DNA of 64,000 bases from Eutreptiella sp. 'Long Island Sound 2002' (GCA_964036045.1 OZ038378.1:7068001-7132000); one strand, 5' to 3'; numbered from the stretch's first letter, positions 12,701-28,300 are shown. Translations and numbers: made by a program. The notes: generated by a model from the letters alone, not told the origin.

Positions 12701-15700
12701 AGGCATCCATCGGGGCAGTGAGGGGGCTGCAAAGGTCAGGTGTGGACCCGCCACTGTGCTCCACCCGCACCTGCCTTCACACGGCCTTCGTCGCCATCTC
12801 AGTTCCATTGCAGTGCGACAGTCCATTGTTGGCTTAACTTCCATTGTGCCGCTCCCTGTCCTCCCTGAATGGGGTAAGAGTGCTGGGCTCTTTGGTTCTA
12901 GGCATCAACGCCAGGTCATGGAGTTTGGTGGACTGAGCCTGGGGCGTGGTGTACATGTTGTGTTCCATTGTGGCTCCTCCTGCAATCTGGGTGGGCGTGC
13001 TTTTGCTGGCGACACTCGGCCACTCGCCGTTCTCACACTTGTCACCAAGGAATGTTGGCTGCAGGTTTCGGTGCAGGTTTAGCAACTGTTGGAGCTTCCA
13101 GCTTTTTGGGGATCCACTTTGCCTCCGGGATGTTCCGGGTGAAATACAACTTGTCCCCAAAGGTGTGCCCCAACCTACTAGGCAGGACTGGTACTGGAAC
13201 TAGGCAGTGACGGTGATGGACAAGGGGGGGGGGGGGGGCTGGACATGGGGGGGGGCGAGGGTATGTTCATGCCTGTCTGTCTCCCGTATCCCTACACCCC
13301 CCTTAGCTTGGACAACGCATACTGTGGCCATATATCCAATGATGGTTGTCGAACATCATGTTCACATTGTCTGCAAGGCATAGCTTGGACAGGGAGGGGG
13401 GATATTGGCCCCACTGTCACCGCAATAACCCAAAAAAAAAAAAGAGAAAAAAGAAAATTGCAAGAAGCACAAAAACAAAATCTGGTGCTGCTACTTGTGA
13501 AGCAAATCAGGCCACAGCCATTGACAGACCTGCCAAAACGAGGATTTGCTTGTCAACCATGGGTCGACTGGCTTTTGCATGGTCTGCTGTTTCCCATTGC
13601 CGCTGAGGTCTGATGAACCAGACAAGGTCCACAACGAAGGTGGGGGATCATCTCGGATCACCAGGTACTGGGCAATATCATCCAGCAGTGCACCCTCCTT
13701 AATGAAAGGATGCCTGGCGGCAGCATTTGTCTCAGGTGCACCTTTGGCGTTCTCTTCATTGGACTTACCTCGGGTGTGTGAATCTGGGCTCTGTTTTGCC
13801 CAGGGACCACCCTGAGGCAAAAGACCAAGGTGAGATGTAGTATTCCAGAAAGGAGGAGCCATCGTTCTGTGGGTAAGACAGAGCAAAATGCAGAAAAATT
13901 AGCTGATGCAAACAAAAGTGCACATGCATGCAGCACTAAGCAAACAACCACCAATCCAAGTGGCTGAGGGGATACATAAGCACATGCACACACAAATGCA
14001 TGCAGACACGCATGCACATGCACACAACCATGTACTACTGACCAGCTCCCCGAGCAAAGGCTGGTACTCACCAATCCAAACAGTACACGCAAATCGAATT
14101 GCTAGCAGTACACATAAATGTGTTGCTTCCATTATGCAAAAATAATGGGGCAAAATGAAAAAATAAACATGAAAGATAAAATATGTCCATGAACGTAATT
14201 TTCGAGAACTGCCCAAAAAAATCTTGTGCCGGTGGTGCCATTGCTTGTGTCTTGATGATCTTTGGCTGCAGAAATAGGAATGGCACATGGACTGCACCAT
14301 CCTGTGTCTCTTGCCCAGTTTGTTGCTGGTAAGGTGCAATTGTCTTCTTTTTTGGAACTTTCTGGTACCATCAACAATTGTTCGAGATTGTTCCGGATCT
14401 TCAAACTCATTGTCTGAGATAGTGCACTGTCCGCCCTACCACCTACCCACAATCCTCACATAGGGGGCAGAGGGTTACAGGGTTAATCGTCTATGCATAT
14501 AATGCCCCCCACAAAAGGCCACTCCTGCCCAGTGGCTGGATGATACTGGGGAACCGTGTTTGCTGTGAAACATGACTCTTTGGGTTGCACCTTATTTCTG
14601 GGTTCAACGAGGCGCCGCAGGTGCCTCTGCACTCACAGCGCTGTCCATGTCCCTTGCACTCCCGCTCGTGGGGCCTCGTTCATTTGCATCTGGTAGCCTG
14701 CAAACACAGGTGTTCAGTGCATGCCGTTGGTCAGTGTTACCAGTCTGACACCTCCCTCTCTTACTCTGCTTTGTGTTGCGCCTTATGTTTTGTCCGCCCG
14801 GAGGGCGTGCATGCACTTACTGGGGAAGGCACCTGGACTTCTCTTGTGGTCGTGCGTCATGACACCCTGACCCAGGGAGGGATGGGTACGGACAGGTTTA
14901 GCAGCGACACCAGGTACAGATACTTGAGGTTTGGCCAAAAGGGTGCCAGCATAACACGACATGTTGGAAAGGGAGGGGGGGGTATGAAAAAAAATTCGCG
15001 CAAAATTTTTTCCAGGCCCCAAAACCTGAAATTTCCTCAACTCTACCCCACCTCTTTGGGTTTGGAAGGTGCAAGGAGGATATTTTTCAATGTAACCATT
15101 GATGTTTCAGCCAATATGGGTGGTAGTTGTGTTTCAGGGCACAAAAGACCCCTGGTCTGTTCCGGCTGCTGTGCAACACCCATCCTGGCCTCTTATGTGT
15201 AGGCCCAAAAGTGGGCGGAAATGCTACATAACCCTTGCATTCTAGGGGGTCCCCAACAAAGGGGACAAGATCAAAGCACGGAAAAGCAACAAAAAGCAAA
15301 AAAAACTTCCATTGTGTCCCACATCCTACCCGCAAACATGGAGATTGCCAGCCCTAGGAAATGAACCAGAGACCTTCCCATCATAGAGGCACGGTTTACC
15401 CACTAGGGTACAGGCCGATTCTGAAAGATGTCTGCCCAGAGATGGCTTCCCATGCCGGCAACACAAGCACAAAGGAGTCTGCGGGATCAGCCAGCTGAAA
15501 GATGTCTGCCCAGAGATGGTATTGATATTTGGTCCAATATGGTTTTCATCCATTATTGAGTTCTCCTGAAAAATCTGAGTATTTTGAGTATAGACACATA
15601 GGGTGAAAACCCAATTTTTCACCCTGCGCCAGATGAAGCAAATTCTCCTTATGGCGCACAATGTAGCAAAGTGGAGGTTACACACAAATTCTCCTTGCGA

Positions 15701-18700
15701 AAAAAAATTCCTACAAGGGGTGCTAGTTTTTTTTTCGGAGGGTACCCCCGGAGGAGGGGGTTGGGGGGGGGGGGGGGGAAGGAAAAAAAATATTGCAAAT
15801 TTTTTCTACGTCTCCCCCTTGGCCTAGGTAGGTACTTGCTCCCAGCATGTGCAAACCCAAGGTCTTTTGGTGGGGCTTTGGTCATTATACGTTGTGTGTT
15901 GTGTGCATTGTGCTTTTGAATGGGACGGGTAACTTGTGCCTAGGGATGTGTTACCGCCGTTTCACAATATTGTCGCGTGCACCGAACAGTCTGTCCAATG
16001 AACACTCCTATTCGGGCCATATTTTTTGAGGACAAAATTGTTCGTTGGACATGGGGGGGGGGGACTACCCACAGCACATTTCAAAGTAGAATCCCTCGTT
16101 GCGGTCGTGCTTCGTGTGGAAAAATTGAACATGCTCCCCTGGCCTGGGCCCTTCTTGTTCTTGGCATGTGCAGAAATGGTGGTACCGCTTGTTTAGCACC
16201 TCCCGGCCACGTGCAAGCAGAGAATCAGTCATGGTCGGCAATAGAGGTCCTTTAGTTGAGGGACACCATTCCCTCACAACGTGCTTCACAAACTCTTATG
16301 CTTTCGGCAGTGCACCTCGAAGAGAGGCTAACTGACAGTCAGCCAATCAAACAGTTAGGCAAGCATTCAATTAGACAGTCATTCGGGCAAGCAAGCAGGC
16401 AGAAGGCAGACGGAAACACACAAGAAACACACATAGTTTGGGTTTTTTCAGTGGCAGACTTGGCTTCAAGCATTGGGGAGCACAGATACTGCCAGATCAA
16501 GCAACCGTCGAACGGTAATGCACCCGACCGCAGACGTGTAGGTCGGCGGTTCGAATCCCAATCGGCCAACCGCTGGCGGCGCCGGCCGACCGGTCATCGC
16601 TGCCCAATCTCACCCTCGTTCAAACCCCGCTGTGCACAAACTTCTGAGTACAAACTTTTGACCCCTCCTCCCCCCAAATAAAGTGATATCCAGTTTCAGG
16701 GGATAGAGGCCTCAGAATCAAAAAATCCATTGGGGGATTGTCTTATTGGGCAAAATAATGATTGTACAAGGGGTTGGACATCAAATACGCGAATGACCCC
16801 CAACAAGGGGGGGTATACGACGCCCGCGCCTGCGCTTGATCTAACAACCTCTCTTCGAGGTGATTTGCCCACCATTACTGCAGGATATATCACAACAGCC
16901 CCTCATTTCCCCAAACCTTTAGCCTGAAACCGCTGTTTTGGAGCCCGGTACCTAGTTAAGCACCTAATTGATGAGGTCCTCGAAAAATACGGCCCGAACG
17001 GAAGTGTTCATTGGACACGGGGGGGGGGGGGCGCAATGCCTCAAGCTAAGCTGTAGCCACCTCAGTGCTACTCTTATACCCGAACAAGTGGGAGGGGAGG
17101 GGGGGTTGAGACCTAATCAAGGTGAAGGGGGGGGGGGCTTCGTGTGGGCGGGTTGGTTGGGTGGGCACAGGACCAGTTCATCCATCCTTCGTCGTCATTG
17201 TCCCAGGGGGAATGGGGAACTGCATCTAGGGCCCCTTTTTGCGTACTGCTTTGAAAAAACGATTGAAAATAGGGGCTCAGGTTACTCTACCCCTGTAACA
17301 CGCGGGAGGCCCCCCCCCCCCAAGTGTCAACTGTATTTTAATTGCCACGCCACGGGCACACTGTGTCCCAATGCACCCCTACATTAAAAACACAATTCTT
17401 GAAAACACTAAAAATACACCTAAAACCATAGGGGGTGGGTCTGCATAGCGTGTGTGCTGCACCCAATAATAAATTAGCCTTCCTGTGACCACCCTGAAAA
17501 CCACCCACCACCAGGGAAGCATACATCCATGGGGGAAAAAACAGCAGAATTGGATAGAAAACTGACAGCATTGTGGCATTTTCAGTGGCATCTTCGGAAA
17601 TATTTTTTGTTTTGGCTGATAATCTGAGTTTTTGGACAGAGGAAGATTCTGGGCAGTCGTGTGTGTCAGAACACAGTGGTTACCGCGCTCAGCTTGGCGA
17701 CGGCCCCAGGTGGGGCAACTACAACCGGTCCTGATGCGACCCACCCCCCAGCTATCTGTCAAAACCTGGGGGGGGGGGGGGATTGGCGGTTCGGCGGGGG
17801 AGGGGGGGTTCCCAAGGTGGGGGGGGCCTGCACGCGACCCACTACTACCAAATGCATACCTCCAAGGGGAATGTGTGTCTGGGGCTTTGGGGGTATGGAG
17901 CTATGTATGTAATAATAGAGCTTTCTCGTCTTTGCCGGGATGTATCTTGCTAATCTGGGGCTCAAAGCATGGATGGTTTGATGAAAAGGAAGCATGCACA
18001 AGAAAAATTGAGCGCCATTGGTGCCATGCCCCCCAACCCACTATCTCTCAAAAACCGGGAGTGGGGGGGTTGGGGGGGTCGTGTACAATGACCGGGCCCG
18101 GCCGCCCCCCCCCCCCCCCCCCCCGGGGCGACGGCCAAATTAGCCTACTTTTCAGTGCACCCCCATCGCAGGAGGAAGGAGATGTTGCCAATCTTGGCTG
18201 ACACTCAACCACCCCCAACGGCCCCCACTAGCAGGGTGATACATGCATGTGAGGTGACCCCGAGGGCCTGCCCCATTGAAGCATCATGGCAGTGTCTCTC
18301 TCCTCCTAACCTCCTCCACATGGAGACCAGTCCCTCCATGGAACCTGGACTCAATATCCAGCCATGCGTAGCGCGGCCAGCAGAAGGTCACGCAGACAAT
18401 CTACAACCCAGTGGTCATGCCAGCCACGAGGCTCGAAAAGCCCCATGTCAAACCCACTGCGGGCCTGTGCAACCGCACCAGCTGGGGCCCACGCAACCGC
18501 AACCTCCTCCAAGGGTGGGGCGCGGGGGACAACATCTGGGGCCCTTTTTTCTTCTTGCAATGAAAATAGGGGCTCAGTGGTTTCTAGCAGTACAAAACCT
18601 TTGCACTGTATGCACACTGTGCAATAGAGGTCCCCCCAAATGTGAACTGTGCTTTATTTATATTTGTACATTGTGTCCAGTGTGGCACTTATATCAAAAA

Positions 18701-19303
18701 TCAATGAGGGAAGTGGCGGATTTGCGTACTGAAGAGCAATAAAGATGCATGACACCAAAGTGTGGGAATGTGGCAACATCACAACATTCTGCGCAGAAAG
18801 GAGAAACAATACAAAAGCAATATTGCCAAGGTGACAGCAAAGGATTGTGTCCCGTCCTTGACTAGTTTCCTGATAAGCTGTGGCCCAGATACAAGGCATC
18901 AAGGCACACAACTTCAGATATTAACATGTGAGAAAACTAACGAGGACATAGAACAGCACCCATGTGAATGAATCATACAAAATCCGAAAATGGTGTGCCA
19001 TGGTGTGGAATAATGGACAAATCAACATTCTACGGAGCACTGAAGACTGCGTCAAAATTGCAGAATTGCGCAGATACTTGAAGCTGCTGACTGTTTAAGG
19101 GTTAGAGAAACTGGGCTTCAAAGAGGAATGAGAAATGCATGCACAGCACAGACACACAAGATATCAGGATTCCACATCTGCATGACATCATATCATCACA
19201 TTAATTACACAACAGCAAAATTCTTCATTCATTCAAAGCTTCAGCATCACAGAGAATTACGTTGTTTTCCGAGACAAATTACGTACCCCACAAGACTATA
19301 TAG

Positions 19304-19361
<58 letters not shown>

Positions 19362-22300
19362 TGCACACATGCACTAATACAGCCTGAAGCAGAAGTATAA
19401 ATAAACACAGAATCAGAGGCCCATAAAAAAGTGCAATCAAGGTTAAAATAAAAGGACAAAGTAGAAGACTACAGTGGAATAATTCAGCTTGGGGTGTTGA
19501 CTGAGGGTTACACTCAGTCAAGGGTTATTCCCAAATGCTTCTTCTAACCCATCACTAAGACCATTCCAAGGGAGCTTGCATTGCAACTCAGGGCCATGCT
19601 GCTGTAGCCACATATTGAATACAGTTTCACTACCCAAAATCCTTCCAAAGCCTGCCATGAGCCAACAAGATCTGATGAGCTCTGGTTTGGATATACAAGA
19701 TGGTGTAGATGCACAAGCAAAACCCTCATTTTTATCAGCAGCTGTATGAAAAAATATTCAGCAGCGTCCGCTCACAACATTTGCATCAGGGTGTGAAATC
19801 CAACAATTATTGAGGCAACGCACCACACACTTTCCAGAGAAAGCACCTTTATTGCCCAGATACAACTCACATCCCAGTCACCACTATTTGCAATGCCAAT
19901 GCACGGACTGATGGAGTTTTTCAATCATGCAAGAGGGGTTTGCCATGAAGGCTGAGCAAGGGGGGCGGGGGGATCAATGGGGATCAAGGGGGGGGGGGGG
20001 GGGCTGTGACCTAATTAAAAAACAGACAAATGCAAACCAGAGGTAATGCACTCCACAGTCAGGCATAAATGCATCTTTATTCTCTATGCCAAACCTGGTT
20101 AAACCTCAAGACACACACTGTGTCTGAACATCATGTCAGACTACATTGGTCAGACAATCACAGTCAGTAGCTGCCAGTCAGACATCAGCGATCAGTGTCG
20201 GATAAAGACGCCATGCATTACCGGCATGGCCGAAAAGAGCAACCTGTTGCCTGCTGGAGAAGACTCCTGGGGGATGTGACCGGATTAAAAAAACAGACAA
20301 ATGCGCGGGGGGGGGAGGGGATCAATAGATCCTTGGGAGAACCCCGTAAGGGGTTCAATTGACAACACACCCCAACAGTCAACCTGGACAACCCAGAGGG
20401 TGGGATGAGACCTGGTTTAAAGAGACAACTACCCCAAGGCAGGGAGGGTATGTATGGGGGGGGGGGGGGGGCTGGGGGACAATTACTTTGGGTTAGGGTC
20501 ACTGAGATGATGAAACCAGTAAGGTTTTTAGGATGTAAGGTGGAGCCACCCCTTGACTCAACCGTGGGTCACCACTAGGGTCCCCAATGCAATACATGGC
20601 AACACAATCCAAGTAGGTGAAAACGCGCAGCTAAAAAATTGGGCATTGCAACTAACTTTCCTGGCTCTTTTTGGCCATTTTTGACCTAAAACACTTGTGC
20701 ACGCGCAACACCCTTCAATCACCCCTTGGCACTAGAATGCTGCAACCTGCATACGATACGGTAGGGTAACTAGGGGATACCCTGTGGGACGAAAATGGGG
20801 CAAAAAATGGGGACTCACGTAATCTTGGTTAGCTGTCCCATGCCCCGTCATGCAAGCCGACGGGGAAAAATACCTTCCCCTTCCTTATCCTCCTCCAGCC
20901 CTTGTGGGACAGGGGCTGGAGGTGAGGCGGGTTGTGGTGTCTTGGGTCTCCACTGCTTCGGTGCTACTGGAATCGGGGATTGATGCGGGGATCTGTGTAA
21001 GATAGCTGTGTGTGTGAAAAGCCCAAGAAATTTAAATCATGCTCAAACTGCATGGGTTGTTGTACTTGGTAAAGTTGTGGGTAATGTCTATGAAAATGGA
21101 AAACCATCCACAATAATCCTGTCCCATGCAGAGGAAGGTCCCCCATTTTATTTTTGGGAGAGCACAGGGACATCAGAGTTGGGCTGCGGGGGAGGGGGGG
21201 GGACCTGAATGCCCAGGGAGCCGAGGATCAGAGGAAAGGAAGCTATGGATCAGTGTGGATTGAAAACAAAATGAGGAAGCTGTGTGTCAGTGTGCTAATC
21301 TGCCTGCCGGCGTGGCGCAAGAACTTCAAAGTCATGGTTTCGCTGTGCGTGCACGTGTGTGTGTGTGTGCACCTGCGGAGGGCAAGAGGGGTCATATCTC
21401 ATGTGGCACAAGGTGATGAAAGTTCAGATTACTGGTGCTTGGAATTAGCTGCAGAGTCAGGGGGTCAGGAGGGAATTAGTGCCATTTGTACAGAGCTAGT
21501 TGGGAGGATATCATTTCACCGGGGCAGAGAGACCAGTGTTGGAAGGTCCGTGGGAAGGTTAAGTTTCCAGGATACTCAGCCATGCCACAAGCAAACCATG
21601 CCGAACTCTGGGCAGCCCAAGAATCTCTTCCTTTGGAAACAAACTAGCAGCCAATACGCAACATATACCAAGCTTGCATAACCAATGTTTCATATCCCCT
21701 TCTGGGCCAGAAAGTAGCAGTAGCAGTAGCACGACCACCATGTGTGAGATAGCAGAAAACCAGAACTTCAACCTGGTACTTTGGTTTCCAGCAAACTTGC
21801 AGAATGGGCTCTTTTTCAAGGCATTTTGGGGTAGCGGAAATAAATAGGTGGGCGGCCATGGCCTAAGACCAGGGCTTCTGGTAGCCTCTGTGAATGCACC
21901 CCAGGACAGGCAAAGCATATCAATATTGTATGCAAACAGGCTGTACAGATCCTATTCATCTGTGTCCTAGAGGCCAAATTCAGTAGTTTGGATCAATGGG
22001 ACTTTGAAAAAACAAAGCATTTCTGGCTTTTCTTTTTATCCACCCTGAATCACAGCTCCCAAGCATGCCAAAAGGTAAAAAAAAATTAAGCATTCAGGGT
22101 CATTCCAGGGCGTAGCTGTATGGCGCTCAACCCCAAATCAAATCCGAAACCATCAAAAAAAACCACTGTTTACGATAGTCAGCCAACCTCTGAAACCTCT
22201 GAAACTGCCAAAAAATGTGCACCTGGCTCCAAGCCATGAGGTTTTGGTTGGACCTTCTAGCACTCAATTTCACATGTCAACCTCATTTTGGCATTAAGAT

Positions 22301-25300
22301 CGGGTTCAACAACAGGCGAAATGCAAGTTTTCCTGGAACTTTGGCACCATTCAATATGCCAAAAATGGCATTCTCAAACCATTAAAACCTGCCACCATTC
22401 AGCACGCTGGAAATGGTCTGAAACCATAAAAACTCATGACGCTGCCCTCTTCGTCCCACAAAGGGCCCAAAATGCCTTGAAGGTGCAAAATGCACAGGGC
22501 AATGTAGACTGAATGTAGATTGCCGTGTTTGGAGCACAGGTGCAAAGTGCACAGTGCAATTTGCAACTTGTAAAAATTTGCAAAATTCTGTTGCACTTTG
22601 CGCTGTGCACATTGCTACATTTGCCCATATTGGAGTGCAAGTGATCCATGGCTTTCAACGGCTCAAGGCAGGGCTGGTGGCTGCAACACACGTACTTTTG
22701 CATCCTACAATTGGTCTACTGTCACCATATCCCCAATTCCACCATTCTAGGGGTCCCTGAAGCCATAAAATGTGTTTTTCATGCTTGCCTTCAGATGAAT
22801 GGCCATAAACTGCATGAGCGCCCATCCATGCAGCCTAAACAGATCCCACACACTTGGGACCAAAAATTTTCTCTTGCTCATCCAAACGTGTTCTCAGGGC
22901 TCAAAAATGTTTCTTTCAGCCCCCCCCCCCCCCCCCCCCATTTAGCCACATCTCACAAATTGGGCCTACCAGCCAGTTTTTGGTCCAAAACTTGAGCTAC
23001 CAAGGCCAACCAAAAAGGAAATGTCCCAAATCCTAAAAAAAAAGTGGCATATCCCAACCAATACAATCCAAAAGACACTAGGTCCTTTCTCGCGGCCATT
23101 CCACAATGTGCATGCTGCACATTGCACTGCACACTGCACGCAACCCAGTATGAGATCTTGATGGGTTGAATCTAGGAAAACTTGAGAGATGGGTGGCACG
23201 TCCATATAAAATGAAACGTTGATGGCTACCCCAGAAAGCAGTAGGGCAAGCGACAGGGGCCAAGAGTGAAGGAAAATTGTGAGGCACAGGCAGCACCTCC
23301 GATACAATGACCAGGTGCACAGCCTGGCTTTCAGCACCCACATACTGTAAATGTTACACTGCTTCCCAATTTACATGGCTTCTCCGGATCCATCACCAGG
23401 GGGTGCATCATCACGGGGTACTGGCAAACTCCCTGACTGGTTCACCCATGCAGCTACAGAAGAAAGAAAGAAGCAGAAAGATGAGGTGAGAAAGATGCTG
23501 ACGGGCAACCAGAGCACAAGCGTCTGTTCCTGCTGGCACAAATGACGATGCAAACACAGCCTGTAAGGCAACTTCAGACACACCGCACCCAACATAGCAC
23601 AGACACCCTGAAACTGGGGGGCGTGTTCAGGTAACCCCATGCAACAGATGCAACAACAGTGCAACAACGAAGAGATGAAAAGATGATCCAAGCAGTTGCA
23701 GCATCAACTTGGGGTGCACTATGCACAAAGATGCCCTGCAACTCACCCAAACAAGGGCCTGTCCCCAAAATGATAACAAACGCGTAGGTTTGCACACACC
23801 ATGCCTGTTAGCCGTTGGGACAGCGTTTCGAATTTTTACAGGGCTGGCCCTGTGAAAAAAAAAAGCCGAAAACTGAAAAAAGAAAGTGAACAACTACCAT
23901 CACCGCCTCAAAATTCTATTGCCTTCGGCAGTGCACCTTGAAGAGAGGCTGACAGTCAGCCAATCAGTCAGTTAGCCAGGCCAGCAGTCAGTCAGACAGA
24001 AACACACAGTTTGGGTTTTTTAGTGGCAGACGCGGCTCCAAGCAGTGGGGAGGACCACTGTTCTCAGGGCAATCAGTGGCTGAACGGTAATGCAGCCGGC
24101 CACAGACTGTTTCGTCGGCGGTTCGAACCCGGGTCGGGCGAAGATGGCGGCAGCGAGGCCGACAACAGTCCACCGACCAGGATTGGAAACGCTGACCTAA
24201 AACTCTGCAGTCGGCTGCGTTACCATTCGACCGTGGTTTGGTGTGACAGTAATGTGCCTCCCCACCGCTTGGAGCCTTCTGAGCGAAAACTTTTGACCCC
24301 CCCCCCTCAAAAAAGTGATATCCAGTCTTAGGGGATAGAGGCCTCAGAATCAAAAAATCCATTGGGGGATTGTCTGATTGGGCAAAATAATGATTGGACA
24401 TCAAATATCATGCCTTGGGGTATGCTACGCGAATGACCCCAAAAAAGGGGTGTATACGACGTACATGCCTGCGCTTGATCTAACCACCTCTCTGCGAGGT
24501 GATTTGGACAAACCTTTGCTTCAGGCCTATTACCCTCCACTGCCAAAGATTCTCTTTTTTTGGGCAGCAAAATGTAGGCAAGAAAATGTGGAAACTTTAG
24601 TTGACCTACCACCCATGTTTTCAGAGCAACCATAAGAAAACACCAATAACAAAATACCAAAGGAGGGGGTGTGGGGGCACATTTCTCAGCAACTGTTGCA
24701 GTCAAGCACCCTCTCCGCTTGCAACACCAAAATGAAGGAAGCTTCGCCTACCTGGTCAAATCCACTGCTGGAAAATGTGATGACACAACAAATCACCTCT
24801 TTTAAGGCACTGGTGCTGTAAAAATTAAGACAGGACTTGCTCAGGTAAACAAGGTAGGTAACGAAAATGGTGGTGTCAATGTGTTGAAGACTGCCCTCAG
24901 AGCGATCTTTTAAAATTTGAAAAAAACAGGAGCTCCAGTACAACAACACTGGGCTCCAATTCCAATAGTATACATAATAGTATTGGTATGTACACTACAT
25001 ACCGGAGTCATTGAACAGCTGCATGCGTTGGCTGAAAATCACCCCCCAAAAGTTGTCGGATCAAAACCAGGCAGACCCGCATATATGGGAAAAACCACAC
25101 AAACCCCTTCTTGGGGCCTTTTGGCCTACCCAACCCCAACAGGTTGAAAGGCTGGTTTAACCTCTTGTAAAATCATGAGTTTGTCCACTAAACGCATCCC
25201 CCAATGCGTTTTTGGGCGGGACCCCCCTAGACCCCCCCATAAAACGCACTTTTTTTTGAGGGGGGGTTTGGCACGAGGCCATGGTGTTGGTTTGCTTGCC

Positions 25301-28300
25301 TTTGGCGGCGCCTGTTAGCCTCTCGCCATTGTACATTCCGACCCTCTGTGAGTCCGAACGTGTTTTGGTCGTGTCAACGGAGCCCCTGGATGGCTTGTCA
25401 GGTTTGACTACTCTGGGGTTGGCTGTCCCAGAGATGGGCTGTTGCCCATGCCGATGACCTGGTGCATCCAGATGCACACTCCGAGTCAATGCTGGGTTGA
25501 GCGGGGTGGGGGTGGGGGGGGGCAAAAATTGCAAATGTTTTGGTTTTCTTTCCCGATTTTGAGCCCAAAAAGTGTTTTTGGTTCCGACTCCACTAAAAAT
25601 GGCCTACACATGTTGGGTGAAGAATGATTTTTTTCCAGCAGCCCAAGGCACGTAGGGGTTGTTGGAGGTCACCCAGGAATCTCCATTTTGCAGCCAACCC
25701 ATGCCCGCCTGACCTGAAAATGGCTAAGTCCTCACCCATGGGGCCCTACAGGGGGGTGGATCTAACAAATTTGAAGATAGCACCCGGGATCCCGTCATTG
25801 GTTAGAGGGTCCATATGGCCCACTTGGCCCAACCACGCCTCAGGGTGCGGCTTGGATGTACTTCCGTAGCATCACTCACTGCAGCACCTCAAGCACGCCC
25901 AAATATCTCGGGCTGCCAAAGCCAATGCCACCCATGACAGATGGGCGTTCACGTGTAAGCATTTGCAGGCATAAGAAAAAATAAAAAAAGCACTCAATTC
26001 AGCAATGGGGTGTAACCAAGAGATGGGTCTAGGCCAATGGACCCAGGTAGGTCTACACACTTTGCAACTCACCACTTCGTTGCACGTCTTCAGAGCAAAA
26101 TGGGTGGAGGCTGCAGTGGTCCAGCGTCACATAGGAACACCAAGAGCCTGTCCCACATGGTCAGGAAAAATTGCATCCCTATTCTCCTAGTGAGAATTAG
26201 TTGGATGTAAGTCGAAAGCAACCCAAATGCATGCAGAGGTCAGGGTCACAGGAGATAAGAAAGAAAGACAAAGCATATCAGGAATCAGAGACACGTCGAA
26301 AGCAACCCAAATGCATGCAGAGGTCAGGGTCACAGGAGATAAGAAAGAAAGACAAAGCATATCAGGAATCAGAGACACCTATGACAAAGAAGGATTAGAG
26401 GATAGCCACCAAACATCTGTCCCACCCTGGCATCTACACACCAAGACACAGAACAAGCAAAACCACACCGGTGCGCTGTGCTTTGAACAAATCCATTTCC
26501 TGGCCATGATGAAGAACAGTTCCACTGGTAGTGGCCAGCCCAGTCTCAGGCAAATCGTGGCTGGGCTTGTGGTGAACAGTTGTCATCTGATCTACAAATC
26601 AGATGTCCGGAATGTAAGGCATAAGCACTAGCAACAATGTTGCCCTAGTTTGTATGCTCTAGTAAACGAAAATTGATTGTTGCTTTTTACTTGCGTTCAC
26701 ATAGTGATGAAGCAGCTAAGAAATTGGCGGTTTGTCCTAAGAAATGTCAGCAAATAGTACTTGCGAGCTTTTGTTAAACAAATCTGCACATCCATTTGCT
26801 GCCTTCAAACTTAGTGAGAAGAATTTTGAAAAGTTCAGTTTTGGCCTTTGAATACCACAAGTTGTTATTGATTCATCAATCGAAGTCACCAAATTTGTGC
26901 CCGTAAAGCACCGCATCTGGAAATTGCAAAATGTGGGTTTCAACATCGCATTTCACAAAACTTTAGTTTGGGCTGCCTAAGACTAATGGCAAATTGTTTC
27001 GGTTCAAGCTACTACGCTGTGGTACTGTTCGAGTTGTTAAGAGGACGTACGTCAAAAGAGCATTTGGAAACACATTTACTAGCCCTGCAACAAAAGGCCA
27101 TCACAGTGCCACAGTTTCCAAACCTCTATCACAGGGGAGGGCAAACAAAAATGATAAAAGCTTCCAAGATGAACCGCCACCAGATTTAGCAAGGCTGTTG
27201 TATGCCAACCACTTGGGGGATGACACATAAAGTGCAAAGCATTGTAAACAGAAAAACATCTGCACAAAAGGCCTTACCATCCTCCACCCCCACCCATGTC
27301 ATGTTTCTTCTTTCAATGGGGGTGGGTCCATTGACAAGGGCACCTATGTTTCTTCTTTCAGGGGGGGGGGGGGGGGGAGTTCCATTAAAATAAAAAAAAA
27401 TCTTTGTGTAAGCATTTTCTAACCTGTGCCATCACTTCAAACCTGGGTTGATATATGCTTTGTGCCTCTTGCATCTTTGAGATGGCTGTAGAGCTCACGT
27501 TGGCCACTGCTTTTGCACTTTTTTGACCTTTTGTCGTCTTGCACATGCAGTGCTTGCATTTCAATGTGTGTCACGGTAACCCAGACAGCCACAACATTCC
27601 TTGACAGCTGCAACACGAAATAGTTAGGGACACCTCCAGACCTCAAGTCATACCTCAGTATGAACACAAAATGTTGTCCATCACATGCCACCGTAGAATC
27701 AAGAAACGTGGCAAAAAAAGGCAATTTTTGTATTACTTGGTGAAAAATGCTTGGGGGGGGTGGATTCTTCTTTCCAAGGGGGGCCCATTGACTAAGGGGG
27801 CCATGTTTCCTCTTTCAAAGGGGGGGGGGTCCATTGGCATGGGGGGTCTATCAACATCGGGGGAGGGTGGTGAGTACTGAATGCGACTGCCCCATGCATT
27901 GGGGGGGATTCAGACTCAGACCCTGACCCCAACTTCAGGGAGCTCATGGCGCGGGCAACACGGGCGTGGTGGCCACTGCGTGGGTCGCCATGGGTGCTTG
28001 AGTACCCGTATTGTCCCCAAATGATCACCCAAACCCATCCCAGGGGCAACAGGAGGGTTTCAGGAATTTGTGCTCAGCTGGCGGTCTGTAGGTCGGAGGT
28101 TTGAATCCCGCCGGCCGCGCGGGCTGATTCCTTTTGCTTACCTGGCCCTCGTTCAAATCCCTCTGAGCACAAGCTTTTGATCACCCCCCACCCCTAAAAA
28201 AGTGATATCCAGTCTTAGGGGATAGAGGCCTCAGAATCAAAAAATCCATTGGGGGATTGTCTGATTGGGCAAAATAATGATTTTACAAAGGGTTGGACAT

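Noticed and set aside
15575-15600. Euglenid spliced-leader similarity (GTGTCTAT on the minus strand; also at about 52375)
   Set aside because: Only an 8-nt match, with no T-run or SL donor; part of dispersed repeat D.
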